NCBI GenBank assembly: GCA_964016885.1 | Contig: OZ024742.1 | Location: 324,694,001 to 324,758,000, forward strand | From: Eledone cirrhosa | Lineage: Eukaryota | Reading direction: 5' to 3' | DNA length: 64,000 nucleotides | Part shown: piece after piece, positions 13,271-27,237 of the stretch | Numbering within the stretch: position 1 is the first letter of the stretch | Layout of the letters: the number at the start of each line of letters is the position of its first letter | Made by a program: the position numbers and the translations under genes | Notes under the pieces: generated by a model | What the model was told of the DNA's origin: nothing | Databases searched by the model: none | The model's input: the letters and a program-made list of their open reading frames with translations, nothing else

Positions 13271-16200
13271 GGATGATAAAGTGTGTTTTCAGGGAGAGTT
13301 TGTTTGCTACCTTTAGTCTTTAGAGGGAAAGACAACATGTTTACGGTATTCGTTCCATTATTTTTTAAATCATGCCTCGGTCAAATTTGCTTTACATCCT
13401 TTCGAAGTCGATAAAAGTATGAATTTAATTTCGTAGTTAGGTTGTATTCTTTGATCGAGATTACGTGCAATATTCTTTCAAGGTCTTTGCACGTGAGATC
13501 AAGCTCTGCTATGGTTTACTTGTGTAAAATCAATACCTGTTTTAACACCCCCCCCCCCCCATCTCGCCCTTGGGAGCCTTTAGCTGAGGCTCCTCTGTTG
13601 AAAACATTCAGATCAGATCTTCGGTTTAAGAAAACCTTGCTCCCTCTCTGTCATTCGTCTCAGAGACCCTGAAAAATAATATGAGCATTTATATTCCTTC
13701 TAACAAAAAAGCAACAAAAAAAACCCAGTAAAACAAAAGGTTCGACGAACGTATAAAGACTCGTATGATGGCACATAAATTGAGGGTCCTATATTATCAA
13801 ATTTTGATTTAGTTCAGCTTATGTCTTCAATAGTACACAGTTATCTTTCCCTAGATGAAAAACACTGTTTGTTGTCACAGCAAATCGAAAATAATACATT
13901 AACGCCAACTACATGTGCCATCACATAGACAGAGATACTCTACATTAAAATATTAATACGTCATTATAAAATCAATACCGCTCACACTCAGTCCTAGCAA
14001 ATGTAAAAATGAATTCAGTTAGAAACAATTTGCTCCAAAAGTGCGTTGGGTTGCTCACGTCTCAGACACCTTATTTAAAAATACAGGGACTTTGAAAAGA
14101 CGAATAAGAGGTTTTCTAAAATACGAGAGGATAGAATTGTTGAACTCATAGTCATTCTTTCAGCAAAAGTGTAATATTTACATCCCTTCAAATGAAGAGT
14201 TTGAGTGATTTATTGGTCGGTAAATTGCCACCAGGGGAATGATATCAATGATTTTATAGCCATTATAGAAGAATAGCCATTATAGAAGAACAAAATATAA
14301 ATCATTACTAAGGTAACTACCCCCTCTATCAAAACTATGTATGAGAAAGTAGATGTGTTGATTATGGCTAGAACGCATTTGATCATATGTAGATTTCAAT
14401 ATCGCTAACTACGAACTGAACAACATTATTCAGATAAAATATATATCTTTACGTCATGGCAAATAGCTTGGAGACCCAATTGGAGAGTTAATGAACTCAT
14501 TAACTAATAAAATAGAGAAAATGATATCTTGTAACAATTATTCCTACTATTTTATTTCAGATCTGATAACCAGATATTGTCATGAGATTTTGAAAACCCA
14601 AAGTAAGGTTCTTGTAACATAACACAGATGTAATTACACGCCATATATATTTGCTTCAGTGGAATAAAAACATAGAAATATATTCTTCCGAATTTAAATA
14701 TATTCCAAATAGAATGTGTTTATATTATTCATTCAGAATTGAACACTATTGTATTACTGTAAATTATTAAAAACATTCTCAACAAAACTATTTCAACCAA
14801 GGGGTTAATATTTGGTGAACATAGAAATTAAGTAACAAATATATTATAAAGTAAACACATTCATATCATTAACTAGAAAAGAAAAAAATAGCCCAGGAAT
14901 AAATACATAGTACTTTTCTTGTAAGAACATTGATGTACATAACATATCACTTTAGAAATTCTTATCGCCTTTGATGAGATTATTGTCGACAGTCAAATGT
15001 ATATTGATTTGCTAGATATTTTTGGAATAAATAAATAGATACAAATAGAAAACATCTTGTCAAAGAAATATAATCGATAATATCAATTTTTAGACGAAGT
15101 ATCCCAAACAATTTTCAAGTGTTTTCATAATATTCTATTTCTTTTGTGTTTGTTTACTTTCCAATAAAATTGGCAAGTATTGAATTTCTAAGTCTGATAT
15201 TATTAAGAGGAGTTCTGGCTTAGCATGTATATACTAGTGTTGATTTTATTACAAATAGAAATGGTAAAAATGTATTTCGTTTGTTTGTATATTGTTTGAT
15301 TTGAAGTTGAAAATTTGGAAGAATCCTTCTAGATTGCTGGAATGGAAATGAATTAGTTTGTAAAATTTCGTGTCTTTAAGTGACTATAAAAACGGTTTTG
15401 GACTAAGTGGGAGCGGAAAAGTGTAATAACAAGGAGAGGAAACATACATAAAACATTGAAATATTAGATTCTGGAAAGTATTAAAGGAAAGTTTTAATTT
15501 GTTGTTGGAAGATAATAACCTGACAATGTCTGTCAATATATTCAGAGTAGTTATCTCCAATGGTCAGTGTATTATGTCCTAGGTATTATTGTTTCCATTA
15601 TATGTTTCTATTATTCGTCAACAATCATTAAGACACAACGTGTCTTTCATCTTGAACATTTAATGGACTGATGAACACAGAATGTTGTACTAAAGGCGTT
15701 ATGTTTATGAAAGGTTATCATCGTACTTTCCGGTGAGTAAAAATAGCACTTTAAAATGTTCTCTATATTGGCTTTACAGACATCATTGATAGCTTGAAAT
15801 ATTTTCTTTTATTTTTTGTTTAAATTTTCTAATGTAATAAAATAAATCAATATTTACTTTTATATAAATGTATCTTTACTTATTGAAACTTAGACAAAAA
15901 AAATTTAAATGAATACAACTAATGCCTCAATACTATGCTTAAACGTAAAATATGAAAAGAAGCTATTTTGCTTTTGTGTTTAGTATCCATTCTGCCTTGA
16001 TTAAAATAGACAAGATAGGTGCACCTATCAATTTCACATCGGGGATTTAAAAAGAAATACCCAAAGCTATCGGATCAAACGTAAACACCCCATTAGCACA
16101 ATTGATTTTAAATTCAATTTACTATATTGTATACGAATTCAACAGACAGAAATATAGTAGAAAAAGTAGATATTACTTTGTAAGTGAAGTGTTACCGTTT

Positions 16201-16949
16201 TTATGTGAGACCATATATACTCAATTAGAAGTGGATTGAAATAGAGATTTAAAATGTATATCGTTTTTATTATATAAAGTTTAGAGATTCACGAGAAATT
16301 TTCTTGTGTTAATACTGATTTTTTTTCTAAAATTTCTAGTGAATGAAAGCACGTTTATCTAACAAAGGTCCAATTCCACGGAGCAAATGTTGAAAATTGG
16401 TTTTCTAGCATATAGAATTATTGGAAACTCACCATTTCATTTGTACCCCTAACTGACATGAATATCATGCCAGGATTATAGCGATTGTATTTCAACTATA
16501 AATATTATCTATATTGATGCTTTCTTCGAGAAGATATATTGGAACCATGTAGTATTTCTGCTGCCAAATGTTTCCAAGATCAAAAAGCATTAATTTCCGG
16601 TTTTCAAATTACTGTGACTAAAACTTCTACTTAATCATATCGATAGCAATAATATAATAAATACATAATATCAATAAAGGTTAATAGATCTAATGTGATA
16701 GTGATTGATAATATCTGAATCATTGAACATCTCATCTAATATAAATTCAAATGTACTTACTAAGTGAAAAATAAGTACACAATAATAATTCCTTTTTAAG
16801 ACACATACAGGACCACAGAGTAGAGGGGTAAATATAATGGTTAATTATTTAATGGACCATGGAAAAATGAACTGGTAAATAAGTCTTTTTTTGTGTTTTA
16901 CCTTGAATAAATTATATAAAAATTGTTACACAACATACTCTATCTGAGT

Positions 16950-17520
16950 AATGGTTTGGTCCTGTGAGACCATGGTATTAATCTTCTTTTGAAAAACTGT
17001 GGATTGGTGGCTGTAGGAAAAGATGTTTAATAAACAATTGGACAGATACTGGGAATGAATTACTGGGTGCTGTGTTAAGTGTGGTGCCTTGATTGATGGA
17101 AATATGGGTGTCGAGAATAATAAATACAATTGAATAAAAGATGTGTATCTAGAGGTGGTGGAAGACTAACGGCCTCTCAAAAGCATAGACCGCTATAATA
17201 ACTGTAAAAAGGCAGAGAGATGGAGAAAGAAATCTGTATAACAAAGATTAGCATATGTTTCAGAATGACTCCATACCAATCTGTCAAAGTGCCTTTCATT
17301 GGATGAGTCCTAGAAAGTCCATGGTTGTAGCAGCTGAGCTGTCCCAGATATAGGATCAGTACTCCAATATAGTGTTCCGTAAACTTTGTAGAGGAACAGT
17401 GTTTATTAGAGGTTGGTGAATGTTCACTCTCTAAAGAGCTACAATTGCTATGTCGGGTATATGGGTTTTGCAGGAGAAATAATGAGGGTTAAGCCTAGCA
17501 TTTAAAAACAACCCCGTTTA
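16950..17520 (-). mobile_element. Degenerate CR1/L2-group LINE ORF2 C-terminal fragment
   Basis: Minus-strand translation LEY*SYIWDSSAATTMDFLGLIQ*KAL*QIG...SLCLF, then FYSYYSGLC after a frameshift. This resembles the LEYCS.IW...LDRIQ.KA.R.I region that follows the RT of these LINEs. Confidence 0.6.
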
Positions 17521-18089
17521 TGGAGTTCATTGCTGAAAGTAACCTTAGTAGTTACCTGTAAATATTTAAATCTAGTGGTGACAGAAAAATCAATAATCCC
17601 CTGATAATTACAGTCCACTACAACACTTTGATAATACATTGTACCATTACCAACCACCATGCACACCTGAAACATCAAATGCATATTCAGATAATTTATC
17701 TTAGAATTTCTAATACGTACTCTAATTGAGCACGAATGTCGATTATTTAATATTCATAAATATATATATAGAAAAAGTGGAATTGGAAATTGCACAGAAA
17801 ATATATTTAAAGAATCTGTTTTTCTTTTTTTCTTCTTTGATCGGTCAAAGTGACAATATTGTAAAATGAAAGGAACAATTCTTCTTGAAAAAAGGAGTTT
17901 TGTAATGTATATAAAATATATAAAATTAACTGGTTTCAATGTTTCGGTATAATCCATCTTATCAAATGTTGAATATTACAATTAAAAAGAATTAAAAATT
18001 AAAAATTTTGAACTAAGTATTGAAGAAGGTCTGATTAACTTTCTTGTGGAGAAGACTGTGTCTAAAATGGAACCATATATATAGAGAGA

Positions 18090-18097
18090 GGTAGTCA

Positions 18098-18167
<70 letters not shown>

Positions 18168-18174
18168 CGTCGTC

Positions 18175-18205
<31 letters not shown>

Positions 18206-18208
18206 TTG
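18090..18208. repeat. (AGT)n microsatellite
   Basis: Direct inspection. Confidence 0.95.
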
Positions 18209-18434
18209 TGTCTTTTAACAGAACAAATTTATTTTTAGGGAGAGGAAATACTTCTCTCTCTCTATATATATATGTGTATCTCAATTGTGTTAAATGACTC
18301 TAGTAAGCTAGAGACACTTAGACAATTGCTATAGGGGAGAAAGGTATATGGGATTGTCAAAAGTATAGAGTTGTAAAAGGAATATGCTTTTAGAGGATAT
18401 GAGTGTGTACATATAAATATATATATATATATAT

Positions 18435-18626
18435 AAATTCAGCGAGAATCGCATTTCGGCGGGTAGAAAGAGCTAAACGTAACGCAAATTCAGAGTCATG
18501 CTGGCAAGTGGCAAGTGCTCCAATGGCTAAAATATCCAGAGCTATAGACATAGGTTATAAACGCCATACAAACAAGTCAAGCAAAACAAGTCAAGCTAAA
18601 CAGGTCAGACAAAATAAATGACATAA

Positions 18627-18695
<69 letters not shown>

Positions 18696-19095
18696 TATAT
18701 AACTAAACTGGACCCTTGGAATTGATGGTAAAATCCAATAGCAGGGTTTCTGTGACACCTAAATCAATAATACTTTCTGCTTAAAACCATAAGCTTTTGG
18801 TATAATGATCGAACGAGGAATATCACGTTATCAACAGGTATTTTGTTCTGCGCCAGTATTATGGGCGATGTAGTGTTTTCTAAAAGCACATGTGTAACTC
18901 ATAAGGGGAACAACCCAGAATTTGACAAATGAATTCAGTATGTGTAAATCATGCAACAAAAATTGCATAAATAGCACAAATCGAATAAGCACTCAACCAG
19001 GAAGTTTTAAAAATAAACTTATGCAATCAATCTGTCAATAGAATTATTAACAGATTATTGTAAGACTCGGGAGATTAATACAAATATAAATTCAG

Positions 19096-19098
<3 letters not shown>
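18435..19098 (-). mobile_element. TA-embedded repeat, inverted homolog of 46670-47085 (possible PLE 3' end)
   Basis: For example cacctaaatcaataatact and aagcttttggtataatgatcgaac are reverse complements of sequence at 46745-46815, and gcgagaatcgcatttcggcg is the reverse complement of 47056-47075. Interrupted by (TA)n at 18630-18700. Confidence 0.6.
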
Positions 19099-19156
<58 letters not shown>

Positions 19157-19337
19157 AAGTGGATGGATACTTCAACAGGCACAATGTACTTGTAGAAATA
19201 TTCAAGTTGTTTATAATACATGTGGTTCAATGGCACTAATACGAGATACCAGAACAATATAAAAGTAGCGAAACAAACGGTTATTAAACAATTTTCTAAA
19301 TAAATTAAAAAATGATTAAATAATCACCTGTTCAGAT

Positions 19338-19418
19338 GCTGTTACCGACGGTTTCATCATTCCGAAAGATTGGAAATCCAACGAATTTCCAATGGAAAGA
19401 AATGAATCTTCAGACAGC
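19338..19418 (-). ncRNA. Type I hammerhead ribozyme with a long stem II
   Basis: Minus strand: GCTGT-CTGAAGA-t-tcatt...attggaaat/atttccaat...aatga-t-GAAAC-CGTCG-GTA-ACAGC. Stem I is GCTGT/ACAGC. Lies within a TA-flanked segment at 19150-19495. Confidence 0.8.
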
Positions 19419-19490
19419 CCTATTTCCATGCTATAAGGTATAGCAATTAAATATTATGCTCCCTGCCCAACGCATGCGGTCAAGCCGTTA

Positions 19491-19562
<72 letters not shown>

Positions 19563-19682
19563 TATAGACATAGAATATTCGAAAATATTCTGTATGTTTA
19601 TAATAAACATTTTGAAGACCTAATCGCTATAGAATAGAATACGTCACGTATTACAATTAGATTCTCGATAAAAGCAAGGGAA

Positions 19683-20345
19683 GTAATCTACGCGTTTCAT
19701 TCTCGTTAGAAATCATCAGGACTACATATCCAGTGCTTTTATCGAGAATGACACAGCTAGAGACTTATAGAATACTTAGCTGTGTACAGGAACTGGTTTG
19801 AAAGAGCGGTTGCCGGTCCGGCAGAAATTAGAAATTGGAATAAATGCTCTGAAATAGCGATATATATGTGAATATAGACATAGAATATTCGAAAATATTC
19901 TGTATGTTTATAATAAACATTTTGAAGACCTAATCGCTATAGAATAGAATACGTCACGTATTACAATTAGATTCTCGATAAAAGCAAGGGAAGTAATCTA
20001 CGCGTTTCATTCTCGTTAGAAATCATCAGGACTACATATCCAGTGCTTTTATCGAGAATGACACAGCTAGAGACTTATAGAATACTTAGCTGTGTACAGG
20101 AACTGGTTTGAAAGAGCGGTTGCCGGTCCGGCAGAAATTAGAAATTGGAATAAATGCTCTGAAATAGCGATATATATGTGAATATAGACATAGAATATTC
20201 GAAAATATTCTGTATGTTTATAATAAACATTTTGAAGACCTAATCGCTATAGAATAGAATACGTCACGTATTACAATTAGATTCTCGATAAAAGCAAGGG
20301 AAGTAATCTACGCGTTTCATTCTCGTTAGAAATCATCAGGACTAC
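19683..20345 (-). ncRNA. Three type I HHR copies (19683-19725, 19993-20035, 20303-20345)
   Basis: Each is the reverse complement of GTAGTC-CTGATGA-tttct-aacg-agaat-GAAAC-GC-GTA-GATTAC. Confidence 0.85.
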
Positions 20346-20718
20346 ATATCCAGTGCTTTTATCGAGAATGACACAGCTAGAGACTTATAGAATACTTATA
20401 GAATACTTAGCTGTGTATTGATTTCTAACGAGAATGAAACGCGTAGATTACTTCCCTTGCTTTTATCGAGAATCTAATTGTAATACGTGACGTATTCTAT
20501 TCTATAGCGATTAGGTCTTCAAAATGTTTATTATAAACATACAGAATATTTTCGAATATTCTATGTCTAGATTCACATATATATCGCTATTTCAGAGCAT
20601 TTATTCCAATTTCTAATTTCTGCCGGACCGGCAACCGCTCTTTCAAACCAGTTCCTGTACACAGCTAAGTATTCTATAAGTCTCTAGCTGTGTCATTCTC
20701 GATAAAAGCACTGGATAT

Positions 20719-22311
20719 GTAGTCCTGATGATTTCTAACGAGAATGAAACGCGTAGATTACTTCCCTTGCTTTTATCGAGAATCTAATTGTAATACGTGA
20801 CGTATTCTATTCTATAGCGATTAGGTCTTCAAAATGTTTATTATAAACATACAGAATATTTTCGAATATTCTATGTCTATATTCACATATATATCGCTAT
20901 TTCAGAGCATTTATTCCAATTTCTAATTTCTGCCGGACCGGCAACCGCTCTTTCAAACCAGTTCCTGTACACAGCTAAGTATTCTATAAGTCTCTAGCTG
21001 TGTCATTCTCGATAAAAGCACTGGATATGTAGTCCTGATGATTTCTAACGAGAATGAAACGCGTAGATTACTTCCCTTGCTTTTATCGAGAATCTAATTG
21101 TAATACGTGACGTATTCTATTCTATAGCGATTAGGTCTTCAAAATGTTTATTATAAACATACAGAATATTTTCGAATATTCTATGTCTATATTCACATAT
21201 ATATCGCTATTTCAGAGCATTTATTCCAATTTCTAATTTCTGCCGGACCGGCAACCGCTCTTTCAAACCAGTTCCTGTACACAGCTAAGTATTCTATAAG
21301 TCTCTAGCTGTGTCATTCTCGATAAAAGCACTGGATATGTAGTCCTGATGATTTCTAACGAGAATGAAACGCGTAGATTACTTCCCTTGCTTTTATCGAG
21401 AATCTAATTGTAATACGTGACGTATTCTATTCTATAGCGATTAGGTCTTCAAAATGTTTATTATAAACATACAGAATATTTTCGAATATTCTATGTCTAG
21501 ATTCACATATATATCGCTATTTCAGAGCATTTATTCCAATTTCTAATTTCTGCCGGACCGGCAACCGCTCTTTCAAACCAGTTCCTGTACACAGCTAAGT
21601 ATTCTATAAGTCTCTAGCTGTGTCATTCTCGATAAAAGCACTGGATATGTAGTCCTGATGATTTCTAACGAGAATGAAACGCGTAGATTACTTCCCTTGC
21701 TTTTATCGAGAATCTAATTGTAATACGTGACGTATTCTATTCTATAGCGATTAGGTCTTCAAAATGTTTATTATAAACATACAGAATATTTTCGAATATT
21801 CTATGTCTATATTCACATATATATCGCTATTTCAGAGCATTTATTCCAATTTCTAATTTCTGCCGGACCGGCAACCGCTCTTTCAAACCAGTTCCTGTAC
21901 ACAGCTAAGTATTCTATAAGTCTCTAGCTGTGTCATTCTCGATAAAAGCACTGGATATGTAGTCCTGATGATTTCTAACGAGAATGAAACGCGTAGATTA
22001 CTTCCCTTGCTTTTATCGAGAATCTAATTGTAATACGTGACGTATTCTATTCTATAGCGATTAGGTCTTCAAAATGTTTATTATAAACATACAGAATATT
22101 TTCGAATATTCTATGTCTATATTCACATATATATCGCTATTTCAGAGCATTTATTCCAATTTCTAATTTCTGCCGGACCGGCAACCGCTCTTTCAAACCA
22201 GTTCCTGTACACAGCTAAGTATTCTATAAGTCTCTAGCTGTGTCATTCTCGATAAAAGCACTGGATATGTAGTCCTGATGATTTCTAACGAGAATGAAAC
22301 GCGTAGATTAC
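20719..22311 (+). ncRNA. Six type I HHR copies (starting at 20719, 21029, 21339, 21649, 21959, 22269; 43 nt each)
   Basis: Intact CUGAUGA, GAAA and GUA core. Stem I is GTAGTC/GATTAC, extended past an internal loop by a perfect 16-bp helix ATTCTCGATAAAAGCA/TGCTTTTATCGAGAAT. Stem III is the palindrome ACGCGT. Confidence 0.88.
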
Positions 22312-22468
22312 TTCCCTTGCTTTTATCGAGAATCTAATTGTAATACGTGACGTATTCTATTCTATAGCGATTAGGTCTTCAAAATGTTTATTATAAACAT
22401 ACAGAATATTTTCGAATATTCTATGTCTATATTCACATATATATCGCTATTTCAGAGCATTTATTCCA

Positions 22469-22571
<103 letters not shown>

Positions 22572-22695
22572 TACATATATATCAAACTTTAACAAGAGAG
22601 AATCTGTATCGAATGTAGGAACTCCTAGTTCAGTACTGCAACATATTAAAACTTAACCAAAATTGGACACACACACACACACACACACACGTAAA

Positions 22696-22968
22696 GTCTG
22701 TCTTAAGCCAGAAGGGTCATTTGGCTGGTGCTTATCTCGGTTTCATGGCGCGAACGACTGAGAGTACAAGACTTCCCCTTAGACACAACTCCAGTGCATC
22801 GCAGGGTTAAACCCCCAGCTATTGCTCGTACTCATTTTTACTTGAGTATACTGGAGCAACGTGAAATGAAGAGTTTTTGCTCAAGAACCCAACATGCAAC
22901 CTAGGAATCGAACCCACGACATTATAAGCATAAGTCCAACATCCTTACCACTAGGCCATGTGCCTCCA
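22696..22968 (-). mobile_element. tRNA-derived SINE family B
   Basis: Minus-strand head ggaggcacatggcctagtggtaagg...gtgggttcgattcctagg has A and B boxes and continues into a non-tRNA body. Confidence 0.75.
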
Positions 22969-23709
22969 CACACATATACACACACATACACACACACACA
23001 CATATATATATATATATGTATATATTTGTGTGTGTATGTGTGTGTATACATGTACACGCATACATGCAAAACGCACACGCAGTTGTATGTGTTCTATAAC
23101 AGATATAGGTTGCTTGGACATTATATGTGGACAGAAAGGAAAGGAGGACCAGGGCAAATACATGCATTGTAATGGATAAATATTGAAATATACTATCTAA
23201 ATATCCGCCAGTTAATGCATGAGAAATTGTGTAGCTAGTGGTTTCACGATAGATAGCTACATATATTGAATGAAATTGATTTTGTGAATATGATTACTGT
23301 ACACTGTAAGAGCGGAAATTAGCAAGGACACGGGATAAATAATTAACAAAACGACTACTGGGCAAGAAATGCTGGACTTATTGATGAGAACATAGGTATT
23401 GTTTCGTAGTTGAGTACTTTAATATTTTCTAGAAAAGCCACTCGGTAGTATTGGCATAATAATACAAATTGTAACAAACTGTTAACTGAACGAATTATCC
23501 TTGAACTTTCCCATAGATTAAGCCTTAAATAGCTGACATATATTAAGTTCTGACACACGGCATGTCATGCATCGTAAACACTGACGGAGCCCATTCTTCT
23601 CAACGTCAGAAAATGATGGCTATGTACCAGTGAAAGTGAATGAGAGAAAGAGAGAGATAGAGTGTGAGTGTTAGAGAGAGAGAGAGCGAGAGAGAGAGAG
23701 AGGAATTAT

Positions 23710-24065
23710 CGAGCTCAATATTGAAGTACTAACTTATTTATCGACCAAGAATAAATGAAAGGCAAATTTGACCTCGGCTGGATTTGATCTCAGAATGCAA
23801 AAATTCGGACCAAATACCGAAGCATTTTTATTTCAACACTTTAAAAACTCTGCCATTTCGATGTCTTTAGGTGATACCTAATCAGTAAAAAAAAAGCAAA
23901 CAAAAAAAACAACAACAACACAAACACACAAAACAAAAACGAAGAGAAAAATCAAAGAAAGAAAATAACCTAATTGGGATTTGCACTCAGAGTGTAAAGG
24001 ACGATAACACTATGCTGCAAAGCATGGTGTCCAACTACCTACCGATTCTGCTAATCAAACGCCCT
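23710..24065 (-). mobile_element. Degenerate SINE family A fragments
   Basis: ttatcgacc...gaaaggcaaatttgacctcggctggatttgatctcag, and a second head fragment at 23975-24065. Confidence 0.6.
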
Positions 24066-24369
24066 AGTATAACTGTAATAATGGAATAACATTTCTATAG
24101 TTAAAACTGAAAAGATTGTCCGTTTTTACATTAATAATGAAGGTAATATCACATGTAACAACTAAGTGAAGGAGAAAAAATGAAGTAGACTCTAGGTAAC
24201 CCTAGAACTTGTTATATATAAGACAATTAAATCTCCATCTAATCACACACTACTATCTTAAACAATGAAGTAACACAGATATTGTAGTGCTATTATATAT
24301 AAAAGGACTTATGTTCATATGCTGATTATAGTGTTAAACCGGGTTAGGTCTAACCAACAGTCTCTTCAA

Positions 24370-25085
24370 TGGGCTTCCACAATGTTTCCCTTTACCGAAT
24401 TTCATTCATAAGGCTTTGGTTGACTTATTGGCTACGGGAAATGCCACTCGCTCAAATCGATGCGTTGTAGGATCGACCCGGGAACGATATATGTTCGAAA
24501 CAAGCATGGTTGAGATTGCCTAACGTCTTTTCTCAGTGTATTTACTCAAGACTTGTGAGTGAAATTAGGTAGATGGCAGCAGTATGGAAACTCGTCGGAT
24601 GACCTGCAGCTATTACTCAGTGGTCTAGCCTTATCATTCTGATTCGATTTGGGAATTACTTAAACAGTCTGCATGTCTGAGGAATTCTCAACTCCTTTCA
24701 CATTAACTCGTTCGTTGTCCACCCAGTCAAATGCGCGTCGTCCAAATATACAAAGGATCTATCATCATCTGTTATGAAGCACGCCACTAGATCGCTTTCC
24801 TTAGTCTGAGTCCATAAATTGTTGTACACAGTTTTATCCTTTACAATAACCGTACTATATTTACAAATTGATTTCAATGAGTAAAGAAATACCTCAACCC
24901 ATCGTCTAATATGATGATGACAGCTTTCATCTCACACCGAAAGACAGGCATGACTGCTCCGGTGGCTTCCATGCAGTGTTCACTTACCAAATTTCACTTA
25001 TAAAGCTATGACTAATGCCAGAAGCCACCTGCCCAAATAGCCACGAAAACCACATTACTGCGAAGAAAATTTCTTGAGCAGAATC
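24370..25085. mobile_element. Cluster of degenerate SINE family C fragments
   Basis: Recurrent ggcttcca...taccaaatttcact and cttgtgagtgaaattaggtagatgg motifs. Similar sequence at ~10075-10175, ~26590-26640 and ~44750-44910. Confidence 0.5.
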
Positions 25086-25598
25086 CTTTGTATGCACCAT
25101 GAATACATTTAGTAGTTATTCGAGTGACCGGGCAAAACATTCAACTTAACGAAAATGCGGCTGAATATTTCACAAATACATATAGACATAACATAATTCA
25201 CAAGCCAACTTAATGATGCAAAATATGTGACAAGACTGGTCCATTGAATTACAGGTAAAATTCATCCGAGCGGCTTCAGCATAGATACTTCAGGACATAT
25301 GCTTGAATTATTTCAATAGTGGTACTGCATTCACAAGTTGGTTTCAACGAGAAAAGAAATGTTTGTAACCACTATCTGATGTAATTGTTTCCTCTTCTGT
25401 CTAGTGACATTAAAGAACAAAGTAAAAGAAAGTGAAAGTATTTTAATTTGTTGAGATTGGTAGCCTTTGGGAATAATTTAAAATGCCATTTATTATTATG
25501 TGCTCTGTTGGTGGTTTTTCATCAAAACAGACGATGGACACTACATGTGTTTACGTATAAATATAAATGTACATATATAAACATATATAAACGCACAC

Positions 25599-25663
<65 letters not shown>

Positions 25664-25691
25664 GGCTTCACGCTCACAATAATTTCTATAC

Positions 25692-25814
<123 letters not shown>

Positions 25815-25832
25815 AATATATATATATGTATG

Positions 25833-25865
<33 letters not shown>

Positions 25866-25905
25866 TTGTATATATAAACATATATATACAGAAGTAATGA
25901 TTGAG

Positions 25906-26037
<132 letters not shown>

Positions 26038-26929
26038 GGGAGAGGGATAGAACGTATGCTGGTCACATAATTCGCACAATGCTATTTCCCAAAGAAAACA
26101 ATATTTATCAATATTAATAATTGCAACAGTGAGCGCTATATTTTTCTTTCATTTCATACCATTGTTTATTTGTAATTAATCATGAATTCTGAAATTGAAG
26201 TGTAAGAATAAATACGTTACAGCGGGCTTGCTTTTGTCATAAGTAACATTACAATGAAGTATATGGGGCGACTAGTAGAGATTAAGATAAACTATGAACG
26301 ATCTGCGTGGGTAAACACCACAGCAATAAAAAAAAAAGCGTGATGGTGAATAAATGGCGTAAGCTAATACGCATATTTATTAGTTTTGCTACAAGTAGAG
26401 TTAATTTCTGGCGTCTCGTTACTTAGTACGCAGGAAGGAAAGAAAGATAGAAAGAAGGAAGGATTGGGCCAGTTTCGGTTTGAATGCTAGTTGTTTGCTC
26501 AACAGAACAGCCTACTCAAGAAATTACCGAGTGTCTGACTGAGTAATTCTCTGGGTTATTCAGTGTGACACAAGTGCAGTCCATCTGACTGGCTTCTAAT
26601 CAGTTTCAGTCTACCCAATTCCATTCGTGGCTATGGTAATTGATGTGTCTATAAGATGCTACGTAGTGAAAATCGAATTGTGAGTGTTGTGATTTTGACA
26701 CGAACTGTTTATGCTGCAACGGTGAATAGCCTGTGAATGTTATTTGAGTTTACATTTTGTTATTGATTTAGTTGTTTTCAGAACACAGGGTGTTGGACTA
26801 AAGGGTTACATCGAGAGTGTAAACGTTTTCTTATGTATATTTACATATATGTTAAATATCAAAACACTATATGTTGAATTATATATTTTTGATTATATAT
26901 CTCAATCTAAAATTAAATATAATGGTTTC

Positions 26930-27237
26930 TGATTTAGACACAAGGCCAATAATTTTGTGTGGAGGGGAGAAGTCGATTAAATCGACCCCAGTACGTTACT
27001 GGCGAATTATTTTATCAACCTTGGTGGATTGGCAGTATCGGTAGAGGGTCGGACACCATGCTTTGACGCATGGAGTTAGGGCCCTTGCCATTCTGAGTTC
27101 AAATCCCGCCGAGGTTAACTTTGCCTTTCATCCTTACGAGATCGATAAAATAAAGTACCAGTAATGCACTGAGTAATTGCTGGCCTTGTGCCAAAAGTAG
27201 AAACAATTATTTTATCAACCTCGTAAGGATGAAAGAT
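26930..27237. mobile_element. SINE A (+, ~27022-27210) nested within an older SINE A (-)
   Basis: Direct repeat aattattttatcaacct on both sides of the inner copy (27005-27021 and 27205-27221). Confidence 0.75.

Noticed and set aside
22890-22968. tRNA-like sequences here, at ~44755-44820 and in SINE A heads
   Set aside because: No complete cloverleaf. They continue into SINE bodies.
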